64,000 nucleotides of DNA from Eledone cirrhosa (GCA_964016885.1 OZ024750.1:28024001-28088000), one strand, 5' to 3'; numbered from the stretch's first letter, positions 28,485 to 41,982 are shown. Notes: generated by a model from the letters alone, not told the origin. Made by a program: numbers and translations.

Positions 28485-30015
28485 GCGGTTGTGGTGATGG
28501 TGGTAGTGGAGGTTGTGGTGTTGGTGGTAGTGGAGGTTGTGGTGTTGGTGGTAGTGGAGGTTGTGGTGTTGGTGGTAGTGGAGGTTGTGGTGTTGGTGGT
28601 AGTGGAGGTTGTGGTGTTGGTGGTAGTGGCGGTTGTGGTGATGGTGGTAGTGGTGTTGGTGGTAGTGGAGGTTGTGGTGTTGGTGGTAGTGGAGGTTGTG
28701 GTGTTGGTGGTAGTGGAGGTTGTGGTGTTGGTGGTAGTGGAGGTTGTGGTGATGGTGGTAGTGGAGGTTGTGGTGTTGGTGGTAGTGGAGGTTGTGGTGT
28801 TGGTGGTAGTGGAGGTTGTGGTGTTGGTGGTAGTGGAGGTTGTGGTGATGGTGGTAGTGGAGGTTGTGGTGTTGGTGGTAGTGGAGGTTGTGGTGATGGT
28901 GGTAGTGGAGGTTGTGGTGTTGGTGGTAGTGGAGGTTGTGGTGATGGTGGTAGTGGCGGTTGTGGTGTTGGTGGTAGTGGAGGTTGTGGTGTTGGTGGTA
29001 GTGGAGGTTGTGGTGATGGTGGTAGTGGAGGTTGTGGTGTTGGTGGTAGTGGAGGTTGTGGTGTTGGTGGTAGTGGAGGTTGTGGTGTTGGTGGTAGTGG
29101 AGGTTGTGGTGTTGGTGGTAGTGGAGGTTGTGGTGATGGTGGTAGTGGAGGTTGTGGTGTTGGTGGTAGTGGAGGTTGTGGTGATGGTGGTAGTGGAGGT
29201 TGTGGTGTTGGTGGTAGTGGAGGTTGTGGTGTTGGTGGTAGTGGAGGTTGTGGTGTTGGTGGTAGTGGAGGTTGTGGTGTTGGTGGTAGTGGAGGTTGTG
29301 GTGTTGGTGGTAGTGGCGGTTGTGGTGATGGTGGTAGTGGTGTTGGTGGTAGTGGAGGTTGTGGTGTTGGTGGTAGTGGAGGTTGTGGTGTTGGTGGTAG
29401 TGGAGGTTGTGGTGTTGGTGGTAGTGGAGGTTGGTGGTGATGGTGGTAGTGGAGGTTGTGGTGTTGGTGGTAGTGGAGGTTGTGGTGATGGTGGTAGTGG
29501 AGGTTGTGGTGTTGGTGGTAGTGGAGGTTGTGGTGTTGGTGGTAGTGGAGGTTGTGGTGTTGGTGGTAGTGGAGGTTGTGGTGTTGGTGGTAGTGGAGGT
29601 TGTGGTGTTGGTGGTAGTGGAGGTTGTGGTGATGGTGGTAGTGGAGGTTGTGGTGTTGGTGGTAGTGGAGGTTGTGGTGATGGTGGTAGTGGAGGTTGTG
29701 GTGTTGGTGGTAGTGGAGGTTGTGGTGTTGGTGGTAGTGGAGGTTGTGGTGTTGGTGGTAGTGGAGGTTGTGGTGTTGGTGGTAGTGGAGGTTGTGGTGT
29801 TGGTGGTAGTGGAGGTTGTGGTGATGGTGGTAGTGGAGGTTGTGGTGTTGGTGGTAGTGGAGGTTGTGGTGTTGGTGGTAGTGGAGGTTGTGGTGATGGT
29901 GGTAGTGGAGGTTGTGGTGTTGGTGGTAGTGGAGGTTGTGGTGTTGGTGGCAGTGGAGGTTGTGGTGTTGGTGGTAGTGGAGGTTGTGGTGTTGGTGGTA
30001 GTGGAGGTCGTGGTG
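28485..30015. repeat. 24-bp GT-rich minisatellite (ggtggtagtggaggttgtggtg[t/a]t), about 63 copies
   Basis: Highly regular unit with two variants; one 1-bp phase shift near 29432. Confidence 0.95.
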
Positions 30016-30559
30016 ATGATAGTGGTAGGGGAGGTTGTGATGACGGTGGGGGGTAGTGCGGGCGTGCTACTGGTGGTGATAGTGGTTTTGGTGGTGGTGG
30101 TGATGATGGTCGCGGTGGTGGAGGTCGTGCTAGTGGAGGTTGTGGTGGTGGTGGTGGTGGTGGTAGTAGAAATGGTGTTGATGGTTCTGGTGGGTTGTGG
30201 TGATGATGGTGGTGGTGGTGGTGGTGGTAGTGGTGGTGATAGCCGTTGTGATGGTTATGATGGTGGTGGTAGTGGTAGTGGAGAGGTATTGATGGTGGAG
30301 GGGGGCGGGGCTACTTGTGTTAATAGTGGTTGTGGTGTTGGTGGTGGTGGTGATAGTGGAGGCGGTGTTTGGTAGTGATGATGGCTGTGGTAGTTGTGAT
30401 TGTGGTTTTGGTGCTAGTAGTGATAATGTTACTGGTGCTGGTGGCAGTTGAAGTGTTGACGGTGTGTTGTAGTGGCGGTGATGTGTAGTAGTAGCAGTAG
30501 TAGTAGCAGTAGTAGTAGTAGTAGTGGTGGTGGTGGTAGCAGCAGTAGTAGCAACAGCT

Positions 30560-30594
<35 letters not shown>

Positions 30595-31183
30595 GGTGGT
30601 GAGCAGGATCATTATCGGTTAATTCTTATCCAAACAACGACATGAAGAAGGCAGAGGTTTTTTAATTGGAAGACCATCGGAATGTCGGCAGGTTTACTGA
30701 CACAATACATCTATATATTAATTTCAACAATGTCAGTATTCCGTGTGTCATAATTCTCGATATCATTGGTTCATAGGTTTCAAACGACTCCGCCCACCTC
30801 AACGACGCAAAGCTTAAATTAATATGCATAATGCCAATGAGGGAGTGAGAGGGGAGAGTAAGAAACAAAGAGCAAAGTGAACGCTGTAACTATTACCATG
30901 TGTGCGTGTGTTATGTGTGAGAGTGCGTGCAACGTTCCACAGAAGGTAAAAGCAATTCGACTTTATCAAACAGTGAACTACAGCGGCGACGGCGTGCAGC
31001 CAGGAATAAAGAAAAAAATAAATACCTCTATTTCATTGCCCGTAAACACGCCGTGACTTCTCTATCCCACGTGTAGTTGGACGGTCGCTTTAAAAATTCT
31101 CTTAGTGTTGTCTGAAATGTATAACTCGGATATTGCGTTTCGCTTTGTTTTCGACCACAGCTGAAATTCGATCCCGCTGAAAT

Positions 31184-31253
<70 letters not shown>

Positions 31254-31412
31254 AGGAGGTTATAGTTCACTTGAAGCATTGTGTAATGAGGTATAAACGT
31301 TTGAATATGTGTAATAAGGCCAAGACAATGCAGGTATGGACATAGAAAAAAGAATGCAATAGTGAAAGATATTGATGTGAATTCGTCTTTCACCTTGAAT
31401 TTATTTAAATGT

Positions 31413-31461
<49 letters not shown>

Positions 31462-31604
31462 CAGTTTGAGTTAAAAGTTATGCTGTATGGTTACAGTGAT
31501 AATATCATTATCGACTCTAATACTTTTATTATCGATTACTTTTTGTCCAACCGTCCATGCCCACATACAAACGTGAACATAGATATGGGCACACAATGCA
31601 CATA

Positions 31605-32220
31605 TATAGTTATGTACAGGACAAGAGACCCGGAAACGATGTTGGTCCTTTGGAGGACATTTGTCTTTCGCTGCCTGGATTACTGCGCTCAGCTGTGGTC
31701 GCCCGACAGCGTCAAACTAACACAAGAAATCCAACGACATTACACTAAGAACATTGCCTTACTGAATGAGATGAGCTACTGGGAGAGGCTGAAGAACTAA
31801 AGCTTTACCGTCTGGAGCGAAGAATGGAGAGATACTCAGTGATATCCTTATGGAAGAGCCTAGAAGGGCTAGCACTAAACTTCGATATTGAAGGCCGGAC
31901 CATCCCACGAACAGGACGCTACTGATCCCATCCTTCGCATCAAGAATAAGGACCACATACAGCTATAGCCTGGCGTTCAAAGACCCCAGCTCATTAATAA
32001 GCTGGCAAAACATCTGAGAGATCTACATGGTGTGCATGTAAATGTTTTCAAGAGATATCTCGACATCCTGCTGAACAAGATCCCGGATGAACCCACTGCA
32101 CGAAGCGAAGTGAAAATATGGGTGACAACAACAAGCTCCATTTTGCATCAATGGCCAACCAAGTAAGGCTGGCGGTAGAAACTGTAGCGTCAATGGCAGT
32201 GCCCCAGATTGGCCTCAGCT
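31605..32220 (+). mobile_element. CR1/L2-group LINE 3' fragment (decayed ORF2 C-terminus)
   Basis: ...LWRTFVFRCLDYCAQLWSP...IQRHYTKNI...MSYWERLK.. then L.RLERR after a frameshift, the typical CR1-group C-terminal motif. Confidence 0.75.
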
Positions 32221-32709
32221 GTCAGCTTTTATTATCAACCTGAAACTTGTCAAAGGAAGTAACCGTAAAAGTAAAGTCTATTAAAGACTATCTCCCTTCT
32301 TTAAATACTCTAATTCTCGAATCCGAACGCGAGACTATCGAAACTATGAGAATCACGAATTGTATGAACTTGTTTACCTAATCTGCATTTACCAACTTCA
32401 TGGATTTGGCAATATAAAGTGACAGATTATTTACTGTAATATATTTAAAATGACAAACCTATAAGTAAGCTTATACTTCTCATCCACCAACATAAATTAC
32501 AATAAATATTAACTGCCAACTTGCCTCAAAGTAATTTCTGCACGAAACTGCACCTAATAATCATAGCACCAAAACTTGTTCTCATTGACCTTGCTATTAC
32601 ACAAATACAGAGCTCTGATAGCAATCTTTCCTATGATTTATATATATGTGTGTATGTGTATGAGTCTGTCTCTATATATTTACATATATATATATTATAT
32701 ACATATGTA

Positions 32710-32755
<46 letters not shown>

Positions 32756-32756
32756 G

Positions 32757-32791
<35 letters not shown>

Positions 32792-32809
32792 GTATATATA
32801 TATGTAATG

Positions 32810-32844
<35 letters not shown>

Positions 32845-32954
32845 GTATATATATGTATATGTATATATGTATATATATATATGTATATATATATATATGT
32901 ATATATATATGTATATATATATATATATGTATATATATGTATATATATAGTATG

Positions 32955-32985
<31 letters not shown>

Positions 32986-32986
32986 G

Positions 32987-33031
<45 letters not shown>

Positions 33032-33032
33032 G

Positions 33033-33079
<47 letters not shown>

Positions 33080-33216
33080 GTATATATATATATATGTATA
33101 TATATGTATATATATGTATATATATATATATGTATGTATATATATGTATATATATATATATGTATATATATATGTATATATATATATATGTATATATATA
33201 TGTATATATATATATG

Positions 33217-33250
<34 letters not shown>

Positions 33251-33504
33251 ATATATATATATATGTAAATATATATATATATATATAATATATATATATA
33301 TGTAAATATATATATATATATATAATATATATATATGTAAATATATATATATATATAATATATATATATGTAAATATATATATATATATATATATTTACA
33401 TATATATATTTACATATATATAATATATATATATGTAAATATATATATATATATATATATAATATATATATATGTAAATATATATATATATATATATATA
33501 TATT

Positions 33505-33576
<72 letters not shown>

Positions 33577-33945
33577 AGTGTTTGTGTGCATATGTGTGCA
33601 ATATATCTACAAGCTCACCCTACCGGTATTGTGAGGAAGTGGTAAATAGTCAAGGGATTAGATACTTGTAAATATTGGTGCATATTTTATCAACCGGAAG
33701 CAACAAATGTAATGTTAACTGAGAAAGCAATTTCAGGTTTCCTAACCTTAAATCTAAAGACATTATATCACTGATGTAATGTTTGTGTCAACACAACTGC
33801 TATATTTAAATCTAGTAGACATGTTCTATTCTCTATATTTTATAGACGCCTTTCATATATTATAAATACGTAAAACATCTAATGCACTCTTAATCTACAC
33901 TATTTGACAAATTATATGAAGACTCTATCACATGTTTCTTTCCGA

Positions 33946-34005
<60 letters not shown>

Positions 34006-34035
34006 AGAACAAAAGATGGTTAAAAGAGTTCCATG

Positions 34036-34106
34036 TATTTTATTATGCGCATTTCAAAAACAAATATCATCATGCAATAATATTTGTGTTTTCATCAGAT
34101 AAAACA
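34036..34106 (-). ncRNA. Type I hammerhead ribozyme (family C, second copy; element 34005-34165 in (TA)n)
   Basis: Near-identical to 23132-23202; core and ATGCGCAT stem III are conserved while the stem II loop varies. Confidence 0.72.
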
Positions 34107-34164
34107 GGAAGGCATGATATGAAGGTTAAAAACACTTGTGGATAGTGCAGTTTTAAATCAACAT

Positions 34165-34224
<60 letters not shown>

Positions 34225-34404
34225 GAAAAGAGTCACGACCCCACTGGCTGATCTCCGGCCGTTTCGACAGCTACCCACTATACTAACCTAAATATTGAGT
34301 ACTCTGGTGCATTATGGTCCACCTGGTATTTGACCAGACCCCCTTTGTTTGGATGGCTGGAACAGGTAAAAGAGTAAAAGAGTAATATATATATATATAT
34401 ATAT

Positions 34405-35218
34405 TCTTCTTCTTCAGCACGCTTTCTCCAATCGTCCCGGTCGAGCATGACATTTCTCAGTTCGTCGATGTTATCAATGTTGACATCTCTCAGCAGGGTA
34501 TCAATGAATGAGACGGCCTGTCTTCCGACGCTTCTTCGTCCGACCGCCCGACCTTCCAGAGCGGAGGTTGTGATGCAGTCTCTTCTTGATGACGGATGCA
34601 GTGCCCAGCCAATTTGCTTCGTCGGCAGGCAACTTTTTTTGAGACTGGTGGTAGTGATCTGTACAATGCTTTATTTGTCAGCTTCTGTTTACAAGAAATG
34701 TTGAGAGCCATTCTCAGCATCACGTTGTAAAATCCATCAAGTCTTTTGCATTGCACTTTGTCAATAGTTCACGTTTCACTGCCGTAAAGCAATGAGACAG
34801 GCCATTCGTGGGAAGGTAGAAGAGTTGGGTTTCAAATTGGATCGAAGGAGAAGCTGTCATCTCATCCAAAATTGTCGCCGATGACATATCCTTGATCACA
34901 GAGGAAATCAGCCAAGCTCAAGCACTGATCACACGTGTCGAGGTTTAATCAGGCAAGAGAGGACTGCATCTCAATGCAAAGAAGACCGAAATCATGCACT
35001 ACAATCCAGCTCCAGTTCTCGCTAAGGACTGAAACAACAATCAAAACAGTTGAGACTTTAAGTATCTTGGTGCATGGATGTACAGCTCACGCAAGGACTT
35101 TGAAGTTAGAAAAGCACTAGCATGGTCGGCATGCCATAAACTACTGAAGGTGTGGAAGTCCGACCTAAGCCGCAAAATGAAGGAGCGCCCCTTCCTAGCA
35201 ACTGTTGAATCTGTCCTG
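34405..35218 (-). mobile_element. Decayed RTE-like LINE with 5' inversion
   Basis: Plus 34793-35215: [40 protein letters not shown]; minus 34792-34405: LLYGSET..RLDGFYNVMLRMALNI..LAGHCIRH..DRDDWR. Confidence 0.85.
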
Positions 35219-35225
35219 TACAAAC

Positions 35226-35279
<54 letters not shown>

Positions 35280-35486
35280 GTATATATATATGTATATACA
35301 TATATATATGTATATACATATATATATGTATATATATACATATATATATATATGTATATACATATATATGTATATACATATATATGTATATACATATAGT
35401 ATATACATATATATATATATATGTGAATATATATATATATAAATATGTGTATATATCTATGGATATATATACATATATGTATGTAC

Positions 35487-35524
<38 letters not shown>

Positions 35525-35525
35525 G

Positions 35526-35573
<48 letters not shown>

Positions 35574-35732
35574 GTATATATATGTATATATATGTATATA
35601 TATGTATATATGTATATATATATATATATGTATATATATGTATATATATGTATATATATGTATATATATATGTATATATATATATATATATAATATATAT
35701 ATAGTATATATATGTATATATATGTATATATG

Positions 35733-35783
<51 letters not shown>

Positions 35784-35892
35784 GTATATATATGTATATA
35801 TATGTATATATATATATGTATATATATGTATATATATATATGTATATATATGTATATATATATGTATATATATGTATATATGTATATATATG

Positions 35893-35987
<95 letters not shown>

Positions 35988-35998
35988 GTATATATATG

Positions 35999-36039
<41 letters not shown>

Positions 36040-36244
36040 GTATATATATGTATATATATATATATATATATCTATGTATATATATGTATATATATATATA
36101 TATATCTATATATATATGTATATATATGTATATATATGTATATATATATATATATATCTATATATATATATGTATATATATGTATATATATGTATATATA
36201 TATATATGTATATATATGTATATATATATATATGTATATATATG

Positions 36245-36307
<63 letters not shown>

Positions 36308-36318
36308 GTATATATATG

Positions 36319-36351
<33 letters not shown>

Positions 36352-36403
36352 GTATATATATGTATATATATGTATATATATATATATATATGTATATATA
36401 TGT

Positions 36404-36489
<86 letters not shown>

Positions 36490-36531
36490 GTATATATATG
36501 TATATATATATATATATATGTATATATATGT

Positions 36532-36693
<162 letters not shown>

Positions 36694-36758
36694 GTATATA
36701 TATGTATATATATATATCTATATCTATATATATATATGTATATATATGTATATATATG

Positions 36759-36789
<31 letters not shown>

Positions 36790-36800
36790 GTATATATATG

Positions 36801-36847
<47 letters not shown>

Positions 36848-36914
36848 GTATATATATGTATATATATGTATATATATGTATATGTATATATATGTATATA
36901 TATGTATATATATG

Positions 36915-37007
<93 letters not shown>

Positions 37008-37016
37008 ATATGTGTG

Positions 37017-37148
37017 TGACGAAGGCCTGTAGCCGGTTCCGAGGCTGCCTTGAGATCGTCATCAAAGCCAATGGTGGATTTAAAAAATAAAACCTCTGTG
37101 TTATTTTTTTCCTAGACAGTAATCTTGCGAACAAATATCGTCCACACC

Positions 37149-37151
<3 letters not shown>
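37017..37151 (+). mobile_element. Tc1/mariner 3' end fragment
   Basis: [20 protein letters not shown] transposase C-terminus; TIR ends cacaccctg|TA. Confidence 0.7.
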
Positions 37152-37245
<94 letters not shown>

Positions 37246-37255
37246 TGTATATACA

Positions 37256-37486
37256 CTAGCAGATGTACCCGGCGTTGCTCGGGAAATGAATGACAGCCTG
37301 AATTGTTCAAAGGTCGTTTATGGCTTAGCTAGAAATTTCTGAGTGCATGTCAGCTTATGTCAGCTAATTGGCTAGCCAATGAGAGGTCGCCTCAGTAGCA
37401 CGTGCCAAATCGGCCTAGTACTTCAAAAGTTAAAAGGAGCCTAGTATTTGTACACACAGACAGACACACACACACAGACCGACTTG

Positions 37487-37495
<9 letters not shown>
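37256..37495 (-). mobile_element. Short non-autonomous Helitron
   Basis: Minus strand ends cccgagcaacgccgggtacatctgCTAG|T, the same 3' hairpin as at 22718 and 50279. Confidence 0.65.
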
Positions 37496-37543
<48 letters not shown>

Positions 37544-37548
<5 letters not shown>

Positions 37549-37732
37549 AACGAGTAGGACCCCGACAGCTGAGCTCAAGCCGTTTCGACGGCTAATTCTG
37601 GACATTAGCCGTCTAAACGGCTTGAGCTCAGCTGTCGGGGTCCTACTCGTTCCTATTACGCACTCTACTACCCTAAGTATTGAGTACTTTGGTGCGTTAT
37701 GGTCCACCTGGTTCCTTACCACATTTCCTTCG

Positions 37733-37734
<2 letters not shown>
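37544..37734 (+). mobile_element. Family A copy with hairpin 37544-37656
   Basis: ataggaacgagtaggaccccgacagctgagctcaagccgttt..aaacggcttgagctcagctgtcggggtcctactcgttcctat plus the conserved tail. Confidence 0.8.
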
Positions 37735-37765
<31 letters not shown>

Positions 37766-37828
37766 TGTGTGTGTGTGTATATATATGTATATATATATGT
37801 ATGTCTATATATATATATATATGTGTGT

Positions 37829-37871
<43 letters not shown>

Positions 37872-37923
37872 TCAAATAGATATATAGATCGGCAGACAGG
37901 TAGATAGATCAGATAGACAGACA

Positions 37924-38123
37924 NNNNNNNNNNNNNNNNNNNNNNNNNNNNNNNNNNNNNNNNNNNNNNNNNNNNNNNNNNNNNNNNNNNNNNNNNNNNN
38001 NNNNNNNNNNNNNNNNNNNNNNNNNNNNNNNNNNNNNNNNNNNNNNNNNNNNNNNNNNNNNNNNNNNNNNNNNNNNNNNNNNNNNNNNNNNNNNNNNNNN
38101 NNNNNNNNNNNNNNNNNNNNNNN
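37924..38123. other. Assembly gap (200 N)
   Basis: Run of N. Confidence 1.
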
Positions 38124-38142
38124 TATATATATATATATATAT

Positions 38143-38257
38143 AACGAAGGAAATGTGGTAAGGAACCAGGTGGACCATAACGCACCAAAGTACTCAATAC
38201 TTGAGGTAGTAGAGTGGGTAATAGGAACCAGTAAGACCCCGGGGTCTTACTGGTTCC

Positions 38258-38260
<3 letters not shown>
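38143..38260 (-). mobile_element. Family A copy whose hairpin is centred on gacccc|ggggtc
   Basis: ataggaaccagtaagacccc|ggggtcttactggttcctat. Confidence 0.8.
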
Positions 38261-38353
<93 letters not shown>

Positions 38354-38565
38354 TATATAAATCGAGATAAAATAAATGTAAGGATATCATGTCCAGCTCT
38401 CTTCAGTAAATATCCCGAACAAATTGATATGCTTCACTTCTAAATAATTTTAAAAGACTGTTTAACGCACATGGTTCACAGTTTCTAGCCAGCCCCATAC
38501 ACATACTGCTAGAAATAACAGCCGTATGTATGAGACTACTATCAGCTCAACCTAAGGAGCAATTT

Positions 38566-38851
38566 TATTAAGTGTAATGAGTTCTTTTACAATGAAAATA
38601 GCTCAAAGAAAGAAATATTTCTGAGCCGTGTAAAACATTTAAATATAAATTAATATATATGATGAAACACAAATACCAACATATCTGCATTTATATTGCA
38701 AAAGAAATTTAGTTCTTTTGCAATATAAATGCAGATATGTTGGTATTTGTGTTTCATCATATATATTAATTTATATTTAAATGTTTTACACGGCTCAGAA
38801 ATATTTCTTTCTTTGAGCTATTTTCATTGTAAAAGAACTCATTAACACTTA

Positions 38852-38854
<3 letters not shown>
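38566..38854. repeat. Near-perfect palindrome, ~140-bp arms, 6-nt loop
   Basis: ...tatattgcaaaagaa-atttag-ttcttttgcaatata...; right end runs into (TA)n. Confidence 0.92.
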
Positions 38855-38933
<79 letters not shown>

Positions 38934-39267
38934 AGGAGAACTGCAAAAAGAAATGCGCAAATGTTAAAATGTTAACCCCCCCCCTCCATAAAAAGAAACA
39001 AAAAACTAGATGCAGTAACATGCACGCAACAATATTATAATAATAATTGAGTGTTGGTGGTGGTGGTGGTTGTTGTTGTGGTGGTGGTGGTGGTGGTGGT
39101 TGTGGTGGTGGTGGTGGGGTGTTGAAAGATAGTTGGGTTGTGCAGAAATAGAGTGCAGGAAATAGGCTGCAGGATACGTGGTTGCCATTTAGTAAAGGGA
39201 TGCAGGAAAATGAACTGCAAAAATTGGTGCAGATGTTTAATTCATTAATTTTCCTGCATCTTACATA

Positions 39268-39302
<35 letters not shown>

Positions 39303-39430
39303 AAGTTCAATTTAAATTGTTGGGATACAACAAGCAAATATTATTATAACTGATATAAAGCACTCAACAAAATATTGGAGTAAAAATACGATATATTAAC
39401 AAATGGAAACTATATTTATAAAACCATATT

Positions 39431-39496
39431 TATTTCATTATACATATTTCAAGGACACCAAGTTAAAATTATAGTGTGCTTTCATCAGATAAAATA
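39431..39496 (-). ncRNA. Type I hammerhead ribozyme (left arm)
   Basis: Reverse complement of 39633-39698. Confidence 0.7.
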
Positions 39497-39632
39497 TAAT
39501 ATAGAGCAGTTTTATAAATAAATATTGACATACCCTTAAAGAATGCGACCATTTCTGTTGGAAGCTTCCAACAGAAATGGTCGCATTCTTTAAGGGTATG
39601 TTGATATTTATTTATAAAACTGCTCTATATTA

Positions 39633-39698
39633 TATTTTATCTGATGAAAGCACACTATAATTTTAACTTGGTGTCCTTGAAATATGTATAATGAAATA
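39633..39698 (+). ncRNA. Type I hammerhead ribozyme (right arm)
   Basis: tattttat-CTGATGA-aagcacact..ggtgtcctt-GAAA-tatgt-ATA|atgaaata. Confidence 0.7.
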
Positions 39699-39903
39699 AA
39701 TATGGTTTTATAAATATAGTTTCCATTTGTTAATATATCGTATATATATATATATATATATGTAGAAAAGACCGCGCATACACCAACCTACTCTCTCTCA
39801 CTCTCTCTCTCACTCTCTCTCACTCTCACTCTCTCTCTCACTCTCTCTCTCACAGCCTTATCAATAAAAGACTTTAACATATAAACTACTTAGTATTTCC
39901 TTA

Positions 39904-39991
<88 letters not shown>

Positions 39992-40199
39992 TTTACTTTA
40001 CTTGTAACGATCTTTTCTTCCTCCCCTGCCGCCTCACTCTCTTTTATTCATTACTTAATCTCCCCTCTCCCTCCTCTCTCTCTCTCTCTCTTTCCTTCTT
40101 TCTTTTACTCACTCTCTCATTCTCTTTCCCCCTCTCTCTATTTTTCCTATAGCTACACACACACACACGCACGCACGCACGCGCATATATATATATATG

Positions 40200-40355
40200 A
40201 AAAGATTCAGAACCCCAACGACTGAGCTCCGGCCGTTTCGACAGCTAGATCTAGCTGTCGGGCTCCTGAATATTTTCGTATTAGTCACTCTACTACCCAA
40301 AGTATTGAGTACTCTGGTGCGTTATGGTCCACCTGGTATCTTACCACACCCTCTT

Positions 40356-40360
<5 letters not shown>
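40200..40360 (+). mobile_element. Family A diverged copy
   Basis: gaccccaacgactgagctccggccgtttcgacagctagatctagctgtcg plus tail gagtactctggtgcgttatggtccacctgg; related copies at 34230-34350, 51415-51600 and 57509-57545. Confidence 0.7.
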
Positions 40361-40399
<39 letters not shown>

Positions 40400-40543
40400 C
40401 CAAAGATTAGTATGGTTATTGATTACTCAACGAATACAATTTTACAATAGATTAGAAGCACTCCTGGAGTTTTTAATATTATTCAAATATGATATGCTGG
40501 AATTGAATAATCAAGACCGTAGCGGTATGTCATATATCAAATC

Positions 40544-40615
40544 ATATATTTTGTCTGATGAGGACGTACTGAAAAAACAACACAGTACCTTTGAAATATG
40601 TATAATAAAGTATAT
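40544..40615 (+). ncRNA. Type I hammerhead ribozyme (paralogue of 23409)
   Basis: atatattttgt-CTGATGA-ggacgtactg..cagtaccttt-GAAA-tatgt-ATA|ataaagtatat. Confidence 0.72.
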
Positions 40616-41294
40616 ATTTTGATTATGAGAATATTTTTCATTTGTTAACATTTTTTTATATATATATATACTAAACTGTATGCACTTCAATTTTTGTGCC
40701 CGATGAAATAAACGTTGTATATGTTCACTATAAATTGTTGCGAGTCAACTCCTGCATGAAAGACATGTGCAGGGAACTAATTGCAGAGATGTGACATTCT
40801 AGGATTAGCAATGGTTAGTGGGGGAGGATTTTCGCAGCTTTGCAAGACGAGAAGATTCAGCTAGTCTTTCAGATACAGTTCTAGTTAATTTTAGGCGTTA
40901 ACCAGACAGATCCTTAGTAAGAATGAGACCTAGCATTTGGATCGAACGCGAGGGCTCTAATTCCGCGTTCGTGTTTAAGTATAGTGAAGAACAGTTTTAG
41001 TTCCATATAATCAACAACGTATATAAACCATAGCAATGGAAATGAATCACATCTTTCTCTGATTTATTTTTAGTGATTCAACCGAACAGAGGCCATTCTT
41101 AGCAGACACGTTAAACGGGGTTGCCGATCATTCGATTCCAAACAAATTTTAAACTAATACTTATTTCGTTGACCTTGATTGGCCGAACTATTACGTTTTG
41201 GGACAATGACAAGAACACAGATATGGACACACACATACACATAAGCACATACAATCAAACGCCACACACACACACACACAAATATATATATATA

Positions 41295-41357
<63 letters not shown>

Positions 41358-41363
<6 letters not shown>

Positions 41364-41721
41364 AGGAAACACAAATGTCATGCGCTCATCAGACAACGTC
41401 TTATATAATAAAGTTACAATCAAGGAGGTAATCCAAAATTGAAGTGACAAGGGAACGGACAAACAGCGAATGCCCGTTCCCCTGTTACTTCAGTTTTGGA
41501 TTACCTCCTTCATTGTAACTTTATTATGTAAGACACTGTCTAATGAGAGCATGGCACTAACTTCTACGCTGTATTGCGTAACCAAGTGTCGTCCTGGAAA
41601 CATGTATAACGGCCTTATCATTAAAGGACTTTAACACATCTAAACTACTTTATATTTCCTTATACTAAAAATACTCCGTCAGTCCTGTCTGGAAAATGCA
41701 CGTTGAGTTCTTGAATTGAAT

Positions 41722-41722
<1 letters not shown>
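41358..41722 (+). mobile_element. Family B element with an inverted partial upstream copy (Penelope pLTR-like)
   Basis: 41375-41447 is the reverse complement of 41488-41556; degenerate hammerhead ctaatga..gaaacatgtata; matches 24430-24716. Confidence 0.7.
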
Positions 41723-41755
<33 letters not shown>

Positions 41756-41766
41756 TACACACATTC

Positions 41767-41982
41767 ATGGTGGCTGCCAACTCGTTTTCGAGTACGACCA
41801 CTACTTTATATCCATGTAGGAGAACCCCTATCGATTCGCTGAACGAGTGTGACTTTTTAGTCCAGCCAGCGACTTGAAAACTCTGGTATAAACACTACAC
41901 CTGGCCAAAATCACCGGGAAAGATGACCCCTTAGCCTTTGTCAAGGCAGAATTCTAGGAGAAGGAAAACTCTGAAATAACAC
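41767..41982 (-). mobile_element. Family R copy with inverted 5' segment
   Basis: 41767-41900 matches 42863-42993 directly; 41902-41982 matches 43204-43287 in reverse. Confidence 0.75.

Larger units (their letters stand above)
39387..39742. repeat. 178-bp-arm palindrome with no spacer, one hammerhead per arm
   Basis: Centre gaag|cttc at 39564/39565; only about 2 mismatches seen. Confidence 0.92.
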
